From the human T2T-CHM13v2.0 reference genome, Homo sapiens, in assembly GCF_009914755.1 (NCBI RefSeq), contig NC_060934.1: a stretch of DNA of 64,000 nucleotides, one strand, 5' to 3'. The notes under the pieces were generated by a model. The model was not told the DNA's origin, did no database searches, and saw only the letters and a list, made by a program, of their open reading frames with translations. The position numbers were made by a program, and so were the translations under genes. This document shows, piece by piece, positions 1 through 11,842 of this stretch (within the stretch, counting starts at the first letter, position 1; every line of letters begins with the position of its first letter).

Positions 1-1692
1 ACGTGCCCACTGGAGAGTTTTAAAGCTGATAGAAAGGGTGAGTCGATGGGCCATGCACACCAGCCAAGTTCAAAGGCACCTCCACAGTGGAATAAAGACA
101 TTGTGAAAAAGTCACAAAGAGACGCTAATTCTCTCTTACCTCATACCTAAAGCTGATGCAGCCTATGGAGCCGTGGCAGGAAGCCCCACAAGCCACTGAG
201 CCAAGGCCTGTAGCTGGAGAAGGCATGCAGAGAACATGAAGTGGTGGCTGCAATGCTCTCAAAGGAATGGGGAGATGGGACCAGGGTCTGGACCTGGCTC
301 GTTGATGGCACTGACTCTGCGTTTCCCTGGGGTAATGCCGAGAGAGCCATCGCAGGGCAGTCTCACTGCTGCTTTCTTCTTCTCCCTTGGCCACTGGTCC
401 CCTACCATTTTGGCCAGTGGCCATGTTCTCTTTGTCTGGCAGGAAAACCACTGTACACTTAGAGTTTTGAACAGTCTTTCATTTGTTACCAATAGGGAGG
501 CCAAGTAGGGCTTATTCTTGTGCCCATTTTGCAGATGATTGAGGTGAGAGAGTTAAGATATCTATCCAAACTCACCAGGCATGAAGCTGAAACTAGGCTC
601 TGTCTGTCTAACATTTAAGGAGGAGGCTGTCAGTAAGACAAGTGGACTTGGGAGGAAGAACCCCTCTCCCAGCAAGGCCCACACTCATTGACCGCCATCT
701 CCTAAATTTGAAACTCAGCTGACATGAATAATGAGATATAGTCAGCACCTGCTCCTCCCTGGTCTCAGGTGTTTCCCCAGCTTTCCTGCCTGGGGCTCGG
801 GACTGGTGATACCCAGAGATGGACACCTGTGGAATCATGTGCATGGCCAGCTTTGTGGTCAGCTGGTGTGAGCCAGCACCAGCCTCTGTCCCTAGCCTCT
901 CTGCCAGTAGCCAGGGGAATGATGGGATGACATCCATCTCTGTCCTGACAGGGCAGGTGAGGAGCAGAGGCAGATGGCAATAAAGGTCAGTGCTAATTCC
1001 CACATGCCTGCAACTGGATTGAGGAGGATGGGACCTCGCAGATCCCCACAGCCCACTGTACCAGCAGCAGCACAAACACAGCAGCCAAATCTCCACTATC
1101 AGCAACCTTGGGTTCTCAAGAGCCCTTTCAAATGCAAATATTTCTGTAAGAGGGAATCACCTGGAGTGCCAGAATCTTCAGTTTCCGCCTCTGTAAAATA
1201 GGTATGAAAACCTCTCCGACTCAGGGCAAGGAGGCTGAGAGGCTGCAGGAGAAATTGCCAGCACAGAGGCTGGACAGTCTGTAACCCTGAAATGTTTGGG
1301 TTCATGAATCTGTGAAATGAGCATGGCAGTTTTGGGGTCAGGGCAAGGAAGGGCACAGGACGCCTGAGGTAGGTGAGCTGCCAGTCCTCTGTGCAGGGCC
1401 ATCCTGTCCCCATGCCCACCCCCAGTGCCCACCTGATACCCCCCAGCCAGTCTGTCCATGCAGGGTTCTAGACCAGGGGTCTCTTCTTTGGGGCTGTAGT
1501 TGTTGGGGTCAGGGGCTGGTGAGGAGATGGGGGAGGGACTAGCCAAAGAGCTGGGAATGGATGTGTGGGAGCAAGAAGGATGCTGCCCTGGAAAGGAGTC
1601 AGAGAGTGAGATCCAACTGGCCTGAGGCAGAAACCAACAAACCAGCCCCCTACCCAAGCACCAGCCTCCACCATCATCAATGTGGAAAAATG

Positions 1693-1800
1693 TGCTTTGG
1701 ATTTTATAAAGCATTTCCACATATTTGATCTAATTTGATTTACTCTAAGGTATACATTATAATCCATTTTGCAGATGAGGAAAGTGAGGCTCAGAGAAGA
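1693..1800 (-). mobile_element. MIR SINE fragment
   Basis: Antisense MIR core CCATTTTGCAGATGAGGAAAGTGAGGCTCAGAGA. Confidence 0.8.
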
Positions 1801-1958
1801 CCCCACAGCTGGTGAGGGATAAAGCAAAGCCAGGTCTCCTTCCACCCTGTGCTCTCTACTTGCAAACTACAATCTCTGGTTCCAGGAAACAACAGACCAC
1901 ACCTGTAAAGGGATTGTGGAGAAGAAAGGAGAAAAAGTCTACTAAAGGAGCTGGATAC

Positions 1959-1961
<3 letters not shown>

Positions 1962-1993
<32 letters not shown>

Positions 1994-2054
1994 TTGTGTG
2001 TGTGTGTGTGTATTTGTGTGTGAATGTGTGCATGTGTGTGAATGCATGTGTGCA
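1962..2054. repeat. Interrupted (TG)n microsatellite
   Basis: Visible TG runs with TATT/AATG interruptions. Confidence 0.95.
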
Positions 2055-2170
2055 TTTTATGAGGTGGGGCAGGGAGTGCAAGAAGCAGTGATTAGCTTCA
2101 GCTAGAGATTTTATTACAAATGTATTTTGTGCTTCTGTGTCTTTCACATTCTGACAATGCTAATTTTGTA

Positions 2171-2291
2171 ATTATATATATATTTATATATGTATATTTA
2201 TATATATTTATCTATGTATTTTATATATATATTTATATATGTATATTTATATATGTGTGTGTGTATATATATATATATATTTATATATATG
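2171..2291. repeat. (TA)n-rich simple repeat
   Basis: Visible TATA/TTTA/TGTA array. Confidence 0.95.
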
Positions 2292-2321
2292 TAATTTTAA
2301 ATGAGGGAAAGCCACTGGGCT

Positions 2322-2448
2322 ATGGAGAAATCCAGCATGGATTTGGAGTCTGGCAGCTTGGCTCCTAGCCCTGAATCTTTCCCTGCCCAGCTATGTGACC
2401 TTGGCCCTGTGGCCTCCCCGACTCTGGGCTTCCATTCTCTCATCTACA
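2322..2448 (+). mobile_element. MIR fragment
   Basis: TTTGGAGTCTGGCAG...CAGCTATGTGACCTTGG...TCTCATCTA resembles the MIR 5' half and core. Confidence 0.65.
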
Positions 2449-3329
2449 GCTTGAGCTTTGGGATGGAAGCACCTGCAGATCCTTTCTCCCCTGACCTAAG
2501 TGGTTTGTGAAAAGTCACTTCTAAGGAGAAAGCAGCTCAGGGATTCCCAGTCTGAAGCCCTAGATTCCAGATGTTCAAACCCACTCCCTTTCCCTTGAGG
2601 ATCTAGAGTCAGGGCATGGTCACATTCATCCCTTCCCCACCACAGGAAAAGAGTGAGAAGAAGCAGGTCCCTGTGATTCTGACACATTGTTTCCATCTGC
2701 TGCTAACCTGTTATTAGCAGGATTTTCCTAAACCTCACCTCTATTTTCCAAAGTCACACACCCTGGGCATAGTGGTTTTCTTGTCCTCTTCCTTAGCTCT
2801 CCAGAACTCAGAACCTGGAGAGGAGAGAATACCACTCCAGTTTCTGATCAGAGCACTGCCTCTCCTAGCTGGTTCCTCACAGGTTACAGTTTGGAAGCCT
2901 CCCAGAGACGTCTGGAAGCGCTGATCCCTGCATTCGCTTTGGGGCTGTGTCTCTACTACTTCCAGATGTTTACACAGCTGGCTGGATTACTTAACTGCAT
3001 TGACATCATACACCTTGATATTTCCTCTTTACAAAAACAGTTCAGATGGGAAAGAAACTGGCTATTGAGAATCTGTATACCGCAGAACTAACCAAAATAA
3101 CATTCCACCTCTCCAGGAAGGCTATGGATGCATTCACTCACATGCGCTGCTCTTGCACAATTGCACAGGCCTCGGTTTCCCTCTCTATAAACTGAAAAGG
3201 TGGGTTTGGACAGTCCGAGAGTTCCTTTGGGTGCAGAGAATGTATCTGAAGTTGCCTTGGAGAGGCCATTTCCTTCCTTTTTACAGATTTGGAGACTGAA
3301 TCCTAGAATGGGGAACTTACTTGATTCAA

Positions 3330-3890
3330 TTGATAACTAATTATAGAGCACCTACCATGGTTAGGTAGTGGGGTAAGACTAGATAGACACAAAGGTGGAA
3401 ATAAGACCATGCTGGTACATGGCTCCCTGTGTGCCAAGCACTGTGCTGAGCCCTTTCTGGCTAGCGTCAATTTTACACCTCATAACAGTTCCAGGAGTCT
3501 GTATATTTCTCTCAGCTTTATAGATAAAGAGACTGAAGCTTAGAGTTGATGATGAGTTCACCAAAGCTCACAAAATCTGCTGTATCCAGGAATTCCAACC
3601 TACATGTGACTGACTCCAGAACCTTCATCCTTAAACAGCACCCTATACTACTCCCCAAACATTTACTGCCCTCACGAAACTTCTAGTCCAAAATGAGACA
3701 CAGTCAAGGAGAGAACTGACATTTACACCACCAGAATTAGGCAAATGCCACCACCAAGACCTGCACCAAGAGCTAAGAGGGCCCTGGCCATGTGGGATAA
3801 GCTCCCCAGAGAAAGGGGCATTTGGGCTGGGCCTTGAAGGCTGAGCAAGAGTCTGTTGGGCAGAGGGGACTTGCAGGAAGACACACAGTG
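3330..3890 (-). mobile_element. L2 fragment interrupted by a MIR (about 3425-3636)
   Basis: GAGCACCTACCATGG...TGCCCTCACGAAACTTCTAGTC...GGGCCTTGAAGGCTGAG is antisense L2; GCCAAGCACTGTGCTGAG...TATAGATAAAGAGACTGAAGCT...CTGACTCCAGA is antisense MIR. Confidence 0.65.
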
Positions 3891-4044
3891 TCTCTAGCTG
3901 ACGACGGCGCTAGGTCCTGACGTTGTTCAGTGCTCCTCCTTGCCATCCCTGCTTTCACAGCCTTCTCGTCTTAGGAAAGGCCCAGAGCGTTCTGGGTCTA
4001 GATGTCACTCTGCAGCCAAGGTGGCTTCCTGGCACAACCACTCC

Positions 4045-4146
4045 TTGACTATCAGCTCCGTAAGGCCAGGGTCAGGGCCTGTCTGTGTTTGTGCCCTTGC
4101 ACCTGGCACAGAGCAGGGCACAGTCTGTATTTGCTGAACAAATAAA
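4045..4146 (+). mobile_element. L2 3' end
   Basis: GACTATCAGCTCCGTAAGG...CACCTGGCACAGAGCAGGGCACAG...TATTTGCTGAACAAATAAA. Confidence 0.65.
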
Positions 4147-4197
4147 CATTTAGTCTTTCAGGAATTGTTTCCCAAGCAGCAGCAGCAAAATAAACAA

Positions 4198-4425
4198 GGA
4201 ACATTTGTTGAGTGTTATGCGCCAGGCAGTGTGCTAAGTCCTTTTCATGCATCATCTTATTTAATCCACCCAAAGCCACACTCTGAGCGAAGAACTATTA
4301 TGTTCCCTCCTTGACACATGAGGTTAAATAACTTGTCCAAGGTCACACAGCTAGCAAGTGGTAGAGCCCGGATTCATGCCCAGGCCTGTGGAACTTCAAA
4401 GCCCATGCTCTTAACCCCTCTGCCA
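4198..4425 (-). mobile_element. MIR, near full length
   Basis: ACATTTGTTGAGTG...GAGGTTAAATAACTTGTCCAAGGTCACACAGCTAGCAAGTGGTAGAGCC...GCCCATGCTCTTAACC. Confidence 0.9.
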
Positions 4426-5827
4426 CCAGCGTCTCTTTGTTGTGGCCTCAGCACCCCTCTTTGTTCCCCAGGGGGAAGGGCTGTTTTGCAAGCAGGCCTG
4501 AGATGCCACAAACCTTCCAGCACATCCTGCCCCTTGGCCTCTGACATCTGTTTGCCATTTCCCCTACTCCAGAGCGGCCAGGCCCTGCCTCCTGCCTTGC
4601 CGTAATTCAGATGTCAGGGAGGATGGAAGCCAGTGCCTGGTGTCTGAGCATCTGAACTGGCAGAGACTAAGGACAGCCTGGTGCACACTCACATTTGTTT
4701 TGTCAGCCTGCGGCATGGCATTTGTCAGAGGCAGGGACACACAGATGCCACCCATGCCTCCCCAGGCTTCTCACTGCACCCCACCAAACAGTCCCGTACC
4801 GCCTTCCCCTGGCACCCTGCAAGGTCACGGCTCTAAGGAAGGTGAGAGGAAGGGGCACCCTAGCTCCCCCTCCTTCCCCCACCTCCTGCACTCCCCAGTA
4901 TCCTCTTAATATCCGCTGCACACCTCCACCAGGATAGAATTCCTTTCTTTTTTGAGCAAGAACAGGGAAAGCTCTGAGAATTTTTGAAAACAGCATTTTT
5001 GTTTCAAAATATAATTTCCAAAACGTTGGCCCTGAGAGATGTCCTGCAAAAAAAAAAAAAAAAGTGTTCCATGGTGCAGCAATTTTGGGAGATGTTGCAT
5101 ACTCTGCCCGGGTCTCACAGGTTCCCAGCGTACACTTCAATGATGCAGGCACTGAGAAGTCCTGCAGCATTTTCCAAATGTATCCTTCATCCTCAGAGCA
5201 TGTGTTCCAGATGCAGAAACACTTTGCAAGGCTGGAGAGGAAACAGGTTCAAGTGGGAAACACATCCACCGAAAGGAACCCTCCATTCTCTGCAGATTTG
5301 TGTAGCAGGGAGCTGCCTCCTTACCTTACTGAATGCGCTCTGGGCTTCTCTCAGTGAGTGAGCCTCCGCACCCTGCCAGGAATTCCCTGACTCCAGAATG
5401 GACTTTTCCTGCGAGTCCATTCTGAGAATGATGCCAGTGTGGGACAGCTCCAGGAAGACCAGAATGGACTTTGCGTATGCAGAGTTACTTGGGACCACGT
5501 GAGCTCTGTGGCACTGAAGGTCCCAAGGCCAGATGGGCTGACTACTTGGGGAGTTGAGCCTCAGAAAAAGGGCTGGCCACTCCCCATTTTCCATTTCTAA
5601 GACACTGGGATTGCACTCAGGGAGAGCAGGCACACCCTGGTCAGGCCCTCCAGGAGCAAATCCCTGTGCCAGTACCCACCACCTTTCGGCATCAGGCTCC
5701 CCAACCAGAGGAAAGCACAAGAAACACAGCTCATCCGGATGTCTGTTCCCAGCACCCTGCACATATCTGGCCCAAAAGGAAACTAGAGGCAGATTTATTG
5801 AATGAGCATGAGTTTGAGGTCAGCCAC

Positions 5828-6258
5828 TGTTGCAGGGTGGATTCCCTGGCAAGTTGACTCTGAGCCGGAGATCAGTGTGTAGAACATTAATGAGGGGTGT
5901 TCCCGGGACCCACACCCATGGGAAAGGGAAGAAAGCAGGGAGAAGCTGAAGGAGAAATCCAGCTACAATGTAGTCACAGCGAGACCGCAGCTGACCCTGT
6001 GGGGAGCGCTGAAGCAGGATGGCCCTTCAGAGTGGCCCTGAGTTCAGGCAAAGGGGTTGGGCCTTTCTACCTCCCAGTTGGCCAGTCACTGGATGTGGGC
6101 TTTCCCAGGGAGGGGTGTGACCTTGGCAGTGTAGCTTTCTTTAGTCCATTCCTGAAGAGGGCTGACAGCTGACGTGGAGGACTCTCCACTCACAACTCCC
6201 AGCAGCTGGGGGAGAGCGTCCTCCAGTCCTGCAGGGGAGACCTGGGTGCCTAGCCCAC
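5828..6258 (-). mobile_element. LTR16-family (ERVL) solo LTR
   Basis: TGTTGCAGGGTGGATTCCCTGGCAAGTTGACTCTGAGCCGGAGAT...GGATGGCCCTTCAGAGT resembles the recalled antisense LTR16A/C consensus. Confidence 0.8.
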
Positions 6259-6984
6259 CTGGTGGCTGTCCCACACTGCTCCCTGTGGCGTCGCCACCCA
6301 CTGTTCTGGGCCTTCCTTTTCTCCTGGTCCCCCTGTCCGGGCCAGCTCTTCTTTCCCTTCTTCCAGTCTCCCTCAGTGTCAGAGACTGCTCTAAGGAACG
6401 ACACTTGCAAGGGGGTTGGAGCAGAAACTGGTCACCCTCCATGCTCAACTCTGGCCCTCCAGGGACCTCTCTGGGAGCTGAGAGCAGGCCCCTGGCTGCC
6501 CCTGCAGAAGGGTGTCCTCTGAGCTTGAGGCTTCTATATGCAGGAAGGCACATTTGAGTCTGTCCCTCAACCAGGTCCTGACTCTCTGGGCTGTGGACTC
6601 TGTCTCTCAATGCATTTTCTCCTTTGCCCTCCTCCCAAGTGGACCTCCAGCCCTGCCCTGACTCTCCTGCCTCAGATTCTAGATATAGCCCAGAAGCCCT
6701 GGTAGGAATTAGGTGGGTACTGCACTCTTCACAGAGAAGCAACTGGGCTGTGTGGGACCTCTGGCTCACATTTCCTGGTAGTAAATGATTGTCCGCCTTC
6801 ATATGGGAGCTTGTGTCCCGGAATATCAGGTCCTTTATCTGTAAAACAAGATTAGTGAGAGGCACAGCAGAGGCACTGGGTAAATGTTTGTGGGGCAAAG
6901 GAGTAAGTGCATGGCCTGGGGAATGCAGCTGAGGGACATCGGCCAGCCAGTGTCAGACCAGGTCTGGGCTTGGAGCATGTCCAC

Positions 6985-7205
6985 AGTGTGGTGGTTTAAA
7001 ACCAGGGCAGAGTGGGGCAGGCCCTCTATCCATCACATACCAGCGTGTGCCTTTGGCAAATTGATGCACCTTCCGTTGTTAGTTTCCTCTTTGTGAAGCA
7101 GAGATAATAGTACTCACCTCCAGCGGTGGTTTGAGGGTTGAATTAGACCAAGCATACAGTGGTGTGCTGGGCACACAGTCAGCCCCCAGTACAGGTGTGT
7201 TTTCA
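6985..7205 (+). mobile_element. MIR
   Basis: GTGGTGGTTTAAAACC...AGTTTCCTCTTTGTGAAGCAGAGATAATAGTACTCACCTC...GGGCACACAGTCAGC. Confidence 0.75.
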
Positions 7206-8359
7206 TTCTCACCGTTATGTCAGTTCTGCCTGACTCTGTGTCCACAGAACTTTCCATCACCTCGCACCCGCCTCGATCCCCTCTGGGATGAATATTCTCC
7301 AAGTCATCTTGCAAATAAACTCCCTGGCCCAGACCTAACAATGCAGCCTGCCTGCTTTAACTTGGAGTCTGAGCTCGTCCCTCCTGTATCAAACCCTTTA
7401 GAGAGCCTGTGAGGCTCCCAAGAGGAAGAAATGAATTGCTCAGCCTGCAGCAGCCCCCTGCTGTTCTTCTAGCTGGCTGGGGTCCCCATTAGTGAAACAG
7501 CCCAGCTTTCCCCCAGCAGGAGAGGACACTAGCTTCACAGGGCAGCGTGGAGCTGCGGGATTGGCAGTTCCTAATGGAGGGGGATGGCAATCCCAAACAC
7601 TGCCCATTAGCAGCGGCTTCTGTGACCCCAGCCGCTCCCGCAGAGCAAACCTTCATCTCCACGTGTCCTCTCTGTGTGCCTGGTGGATGCTTTCCCCTCC
7701 CAGGATTGGTCATTAGCACTGAAGGGCGTGGCTGCCAGGCTCCAGGGGGCTTTCTTAGCAGGCTGGGGAGACGGCAAGGAAGGGACATGGAGTGAACAGT
7801 GGTCTGGTCCCCCAGAGGTTCGCTGTTGGCCAATATGCTGTGACCCATGGGCTTCCTTGGCCCAGGCCACAAGGTATCTTGCACGCAACTGCAAGGTAGA
7901 CACGCAGTATCAAGAGTCTTTAGTTAATGGAGCTGTGTGGAGTTAGGGGGATCACAGCTCCATGGTTGGGGGTGGGTAGACACTAGGAGGAGTCTGTTGA
8001 ATTCCACACTGAGTCCAGCAGTCAAGACCTAGTGATAAAGAACAAAGGCCAGGTCCCGGATAGGGGGTATGTGCAGGGCATGAGGATTTCTGGCAGGAGG
8101 GGCTGCAGGCTCAGAGCAGGAGTGAGGTAGTGGTTGGGGGCTATTGTTCCAACCAGATCCAAAGAAGGGCCCAGTAGTGGTGCCTGGGCAGACCCACAGG
8201 GTGAAGAAGGAAAGAAGTCACACCCCCAGTAGAAGGCTTAGAAAACCCGCAGTAAGTTCTTTCAGAATCACTCATCAGGTGGCATCATTTCCCTGCTTCC
8301 CATCTTCCAGTGGCTGCCCCCAGCCCAGGCTGCCCTGGCAAGTTTTTCACCCGACCTCA

Positions 8360-8785
8360 CCCTCCTTGCTTTTGAGTCTTTGAAAATGTTCCCCAGCCTT
8401 TCCCCACCCCAGGGCCTTTGCTCATGCCACTCTACCTGGCAGGAAACCTCTACCTGCCTCAGACTCCAATACCAGCTCCCATCTTGCCCTTCTCAAAGCC
8501 TGGACTTCAGTATTTTCTCCAGGGAAGGACCAGTCCTGCCCACCTTACCTAAACTTATGCCCACCCTCCTGTTATCCTCTACTTCAGCATCCTATTATGT
8601 TTCTTTTAGGCCTCTTATCATAATTTATTCTTACAGGGCTTCTTTGGTAGTTTATTTGTTTATTGTCTGTCTCTCCCTCCAGTTGAAAGACTCTAGGAGG
8701 GCAGAAACCACCTCTCTCTCTCTCTTACCATTATCTCCAGCCCTAAACATTCCAGAAGCCCTCAGTAAGTGTCAGCTGTTATTTC
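8360..8785 (+). mobile_element. L2 3' region
   Basis: CCCCAGGGCCTTTGCTCATGC...TTTATTTGTTTATTGTCTGTCTCTCCCTCCAG...CCTCAGTAAGTG. Confidence 0.8.
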
Positions 8786-9112
8786 TACCAGTTTATTGCT
8801 GCTGTGATGGTAGTTACTGTAGGCTAGCAATAAATATCGCTTGAACACTGAGTGAGTATCAAGACTCACTCCAGCTCCCACTCACTTGAGGGGCTGCGAT
8901 AGCAGATGTGCCAGGCCCCGGGCAGGCAGAAAACTCCTGGCTGTTCACTCTGCCCCCTGGTCCTCACAGGAGGTCAACTCAGCCCCAGAGGTGAGGCGAG
9001 CAAGCCCCAACACCATGATCCCTCTGCGTCCAACCTGCCCCTTCCAGGCCTGCCTAGCTCCTGGAGTCACCCCAGAAACTCCCCCCAGCACACATACTGT
9101 CATCTCTTCACC

Positions 9113-9716
9113 GTGAACTGTATTTAAAATGTAAATAAAAAAAGGCTTTTAGGAGATTTAACTGTTTCCCTTGGTATTTAAATTATTCAATTATAACTAA
9201 AGCTATTAAAATACAGTTAATTAAAATTGTTAGATTGTTTTCCTTTGCGCTGATCGCAGCATTGCCGACTTCTCCCTCTAGCTGTTTAATTCCTATTAAA
9301 AATGATAATGCCTCGCTTTATTCATAAATGCAGCAACCTTCCCGCACATTCTTCAAGTGATCTCCTCAACACGAACCGCGCCGTGTTCTTTTCTTCTAGC
9401 AGTGAAGCGGAAATTCTGCTGTAGTCTTTAGAGGTTTAATCAGCAGTAAAAGGCCTCAAAATTTAAACATTAGCATTACCAAGTCACAACAAATAATGCA
9501 GCCCCCTGTTAAAAAAAAAAGTCTAATTCTAATGCAACGTAATGTCATTAGAGACCAAAGAAGAACCCTGAAGTTTAATAAAAGGTGGGACCCAAATAAA
9601 GATTTCATAACTTACAACATAAAATCACCCGATCCACATGTTAAATATTTTATTTGAAAGGTTTCACAGCATTTCCAGTGGGAATAGCTCTGCAGTGGAA
9701 GTACAGATGGGTAAGT
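9113..9716. promoter_or_regulatory. Candidate conserved non-coding element / developmental enhancer
   Basis: Abrupt AT-rich, repeat-free block with many TAAT/TTTAT motifs, TTAATTAA at 9217, TAATGTCATTA at 9540-9550, and 10 CpGs in 9245-9410; conservation is inferred, not measured. Confidence 0.55.
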
Positions 9717-10562
9717 GCTGCCGGAACAGAAAGCAAGAAAAAAAAAAAAGGAAGAAAAGAAGGCTTCGAGGACCAGCTCTTAGCTTGTTGAGTTTGGCAT
9801 GTATAAGATGGCGCACCCTGAGAAACTAATTGGTTCTAGTGTTTAAACTCCTGAGCCATGTGTTCCCACAAGGATAATGGCTCTTGCAGGTAATGATGGG
9901 CAAGGTGGCAACGTATTTAACTTTCTCGAATGTAGCAGGTGCCACCTCTAGAATTTGGAGTGATTTGTGAGCCACATGTGGTGGAGGGGGTGAGCCTTCC
10001 AGTCCCCAGATGGAGAAACGGAGGGTATAGTGATGAAATCAGCCCAAGCCATCAAGGATGACCAGTTGATGAGGAGCCTTCTATGCTCCAAACCAGGCAT
10101 GAGTAATAATTATCCCGCCCTCGAGGAACTCGGAGTCCAGCAGGGCCCTTGTAAACCACATATGGGGTACAAGTTCAGACTGCATTTGCTCCAATGAATT
10201 ATTCCTGTGGGGAGGTGGAAGACTTCAAGAGAGAAGGAAAGATTGGTGCTTTGGCTGGCTGAGAAGATCTCTAGTGGCCCAGAGAAGAAGCATAGGAGAA
10301 GATCAAGACAAAGAGGCGGGAAAGAGATGGTGAGTTGGGGCCAATGAGTCATTTTTTAGGGCTGGAGCATGGGCTAGTGGGAAGGTTGTGGTGGGAAAAT
10401 CTAAAGTCTTAGGAACCCCTTCAGGAAAGGTCTTGAACCTCATGCTTAGGAGTTTTGACTGTACTCTGAAGGTTGCCTACAATTTAGAGACCAACCAAAG
10501 CCCATTAACTACTTATGTCTGTCACAGAACTGGGTCCTTGGGAGGTAGTTGGTGGTGTTGAG

Positions 10563-10926
10563 TGTATTAGTCTGTTCTCATCCTGCTAATAAAGACATAC
10601 CTGAGAGACTGGGTAACTTATAAAGGAAAGGTTTAATTGACTCATAGTTTCACAATGCTGGGGAGGTCTCATGATCATGGTGGAAGACAAAGGAGGAGCA
10701 AAGTCAAGTCTTACATGGTGACAGGCAAGAGAGCTTGTGTAGGGGAGCTCCACCTTATAAAAGCATCAGATCTCATAAGACTTATTCCCTATCATGAGAA
10801 CAGCATGGGAAAGGCCCGCCCCCATGATTCAATTACCTCCCACTGGGTCCCTCCCACAACAAATGGGAATTATGGGAGCTACAATTCAAGATGAGATTTG
10901 GGTGGGGACACAGCCAAAAAATATCA
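10563..10926 (-). mobile_element. THE1B-type (ERVL-MaLR) solo LTR
   Basis: TGTATTAGTCTGTTCTCA...GATTTGGGTGGGGACACAGCCAAAAAATATCA; perfect 5-bp TSD TTGAG at 10558-10562 and 10927-10931. Confidence 0.95.
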
Positions 10927-11772
10927 TTGAGTAAACCAATGAAAGACCTAATGCCTTTCGTGCACTAATTGTCTCTGGGAAAGCCATAGGTTTCACCAAT
11001 AAGCTGGTGGGTACCCTATCCAAAGGATGGTCTCTGCCAACCTGAGCTCTTGGACCTTGGTCTGCCAGTGTCCTGGGCTCTCACACTGGGGCTATGGTCT
11101 TCCATATGGACCCATCCACTTTCATATTCTCTGTTGGGGATATGGGCTTTCTCCTTTGTGCAGCTACAGAACCATAATTGCTGAGCTGCTTAGGTTCACC
11201 ACATGTGCCTCTTGGCCCAGAGAGGTGCAATGCCCAGGGAAGTATAGAGAGGGGATGGCTTGATGTTCACATCAATAGTGTTCTTCATTAGAAAAATGCA
11301 AGTGAAAACCACAATGACACCCACTGTGCAGCCACTACAGTGACTGTAAGCAAAAAGGCAGCAATGCCAAGTCTTGTGGTGAAGATGTGAAGAAACTGGA
11401 ACCCTCATGCACTGCTTGTGGTGTGACCACCTTGGAAGATAGTTGAGAAGTATCTTAATGAGTTAACACATACCTCCTGTATAATCCAACTGTTCCATAT
11501 CCGGGAAGAGAAATAAAAGCCTATGTCCATAAAAGACCTGAATAATTGTAGCAGCTTTATTCATAATTGCCAAAGAATGGAAACAGCTTTAGTATCCATC
11601 AACAGAGGAATGGATAAATTAACTCTTCTATATCCATTCAATGGAATATCACTCAGCGATAAAAAGGAATGCGCTATCAATACATACTACAGCATGAATG
11701 GATCTCAGAAGAATGATCCTGGGTGAAAGAAGCCAAGCAAACAAGAGTGCTTACTGTATGATGTCATTTCTA

Positions 11773-11822
11773 TTAGGTTGGTGCAAAAATAATTGCGGTT
11801 TCTGCCATTACTTTTCATGGCA
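11773..11822. mobile_element. Partial MADE1 (Hsmar1 MITE), left arm plus start of right arm
   Basis: TA followed by TTAGGTTGGTGCAAAAATAATTGCGGTTTCTGCCATTACTTTTCATGGCA. Confidence 0.9.
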
Positions 11823-11842
11823 GCTTTGTTGTCATTTATATA

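Noticed and set aside
5060-5185. Possible hAT-Charlie fragment sharing TGAGAAGTCCTGC with 47333-47345
   Set aside because: Probably decayed DNA-transposon pieces, but I cannot assign family or boundaries reliably
6086-6898. 270-aa ORF
   Set aside because: No recognisable domain, overlaps an LTR16 remnant, and has the composition of a chance frame in GC-rich DNA
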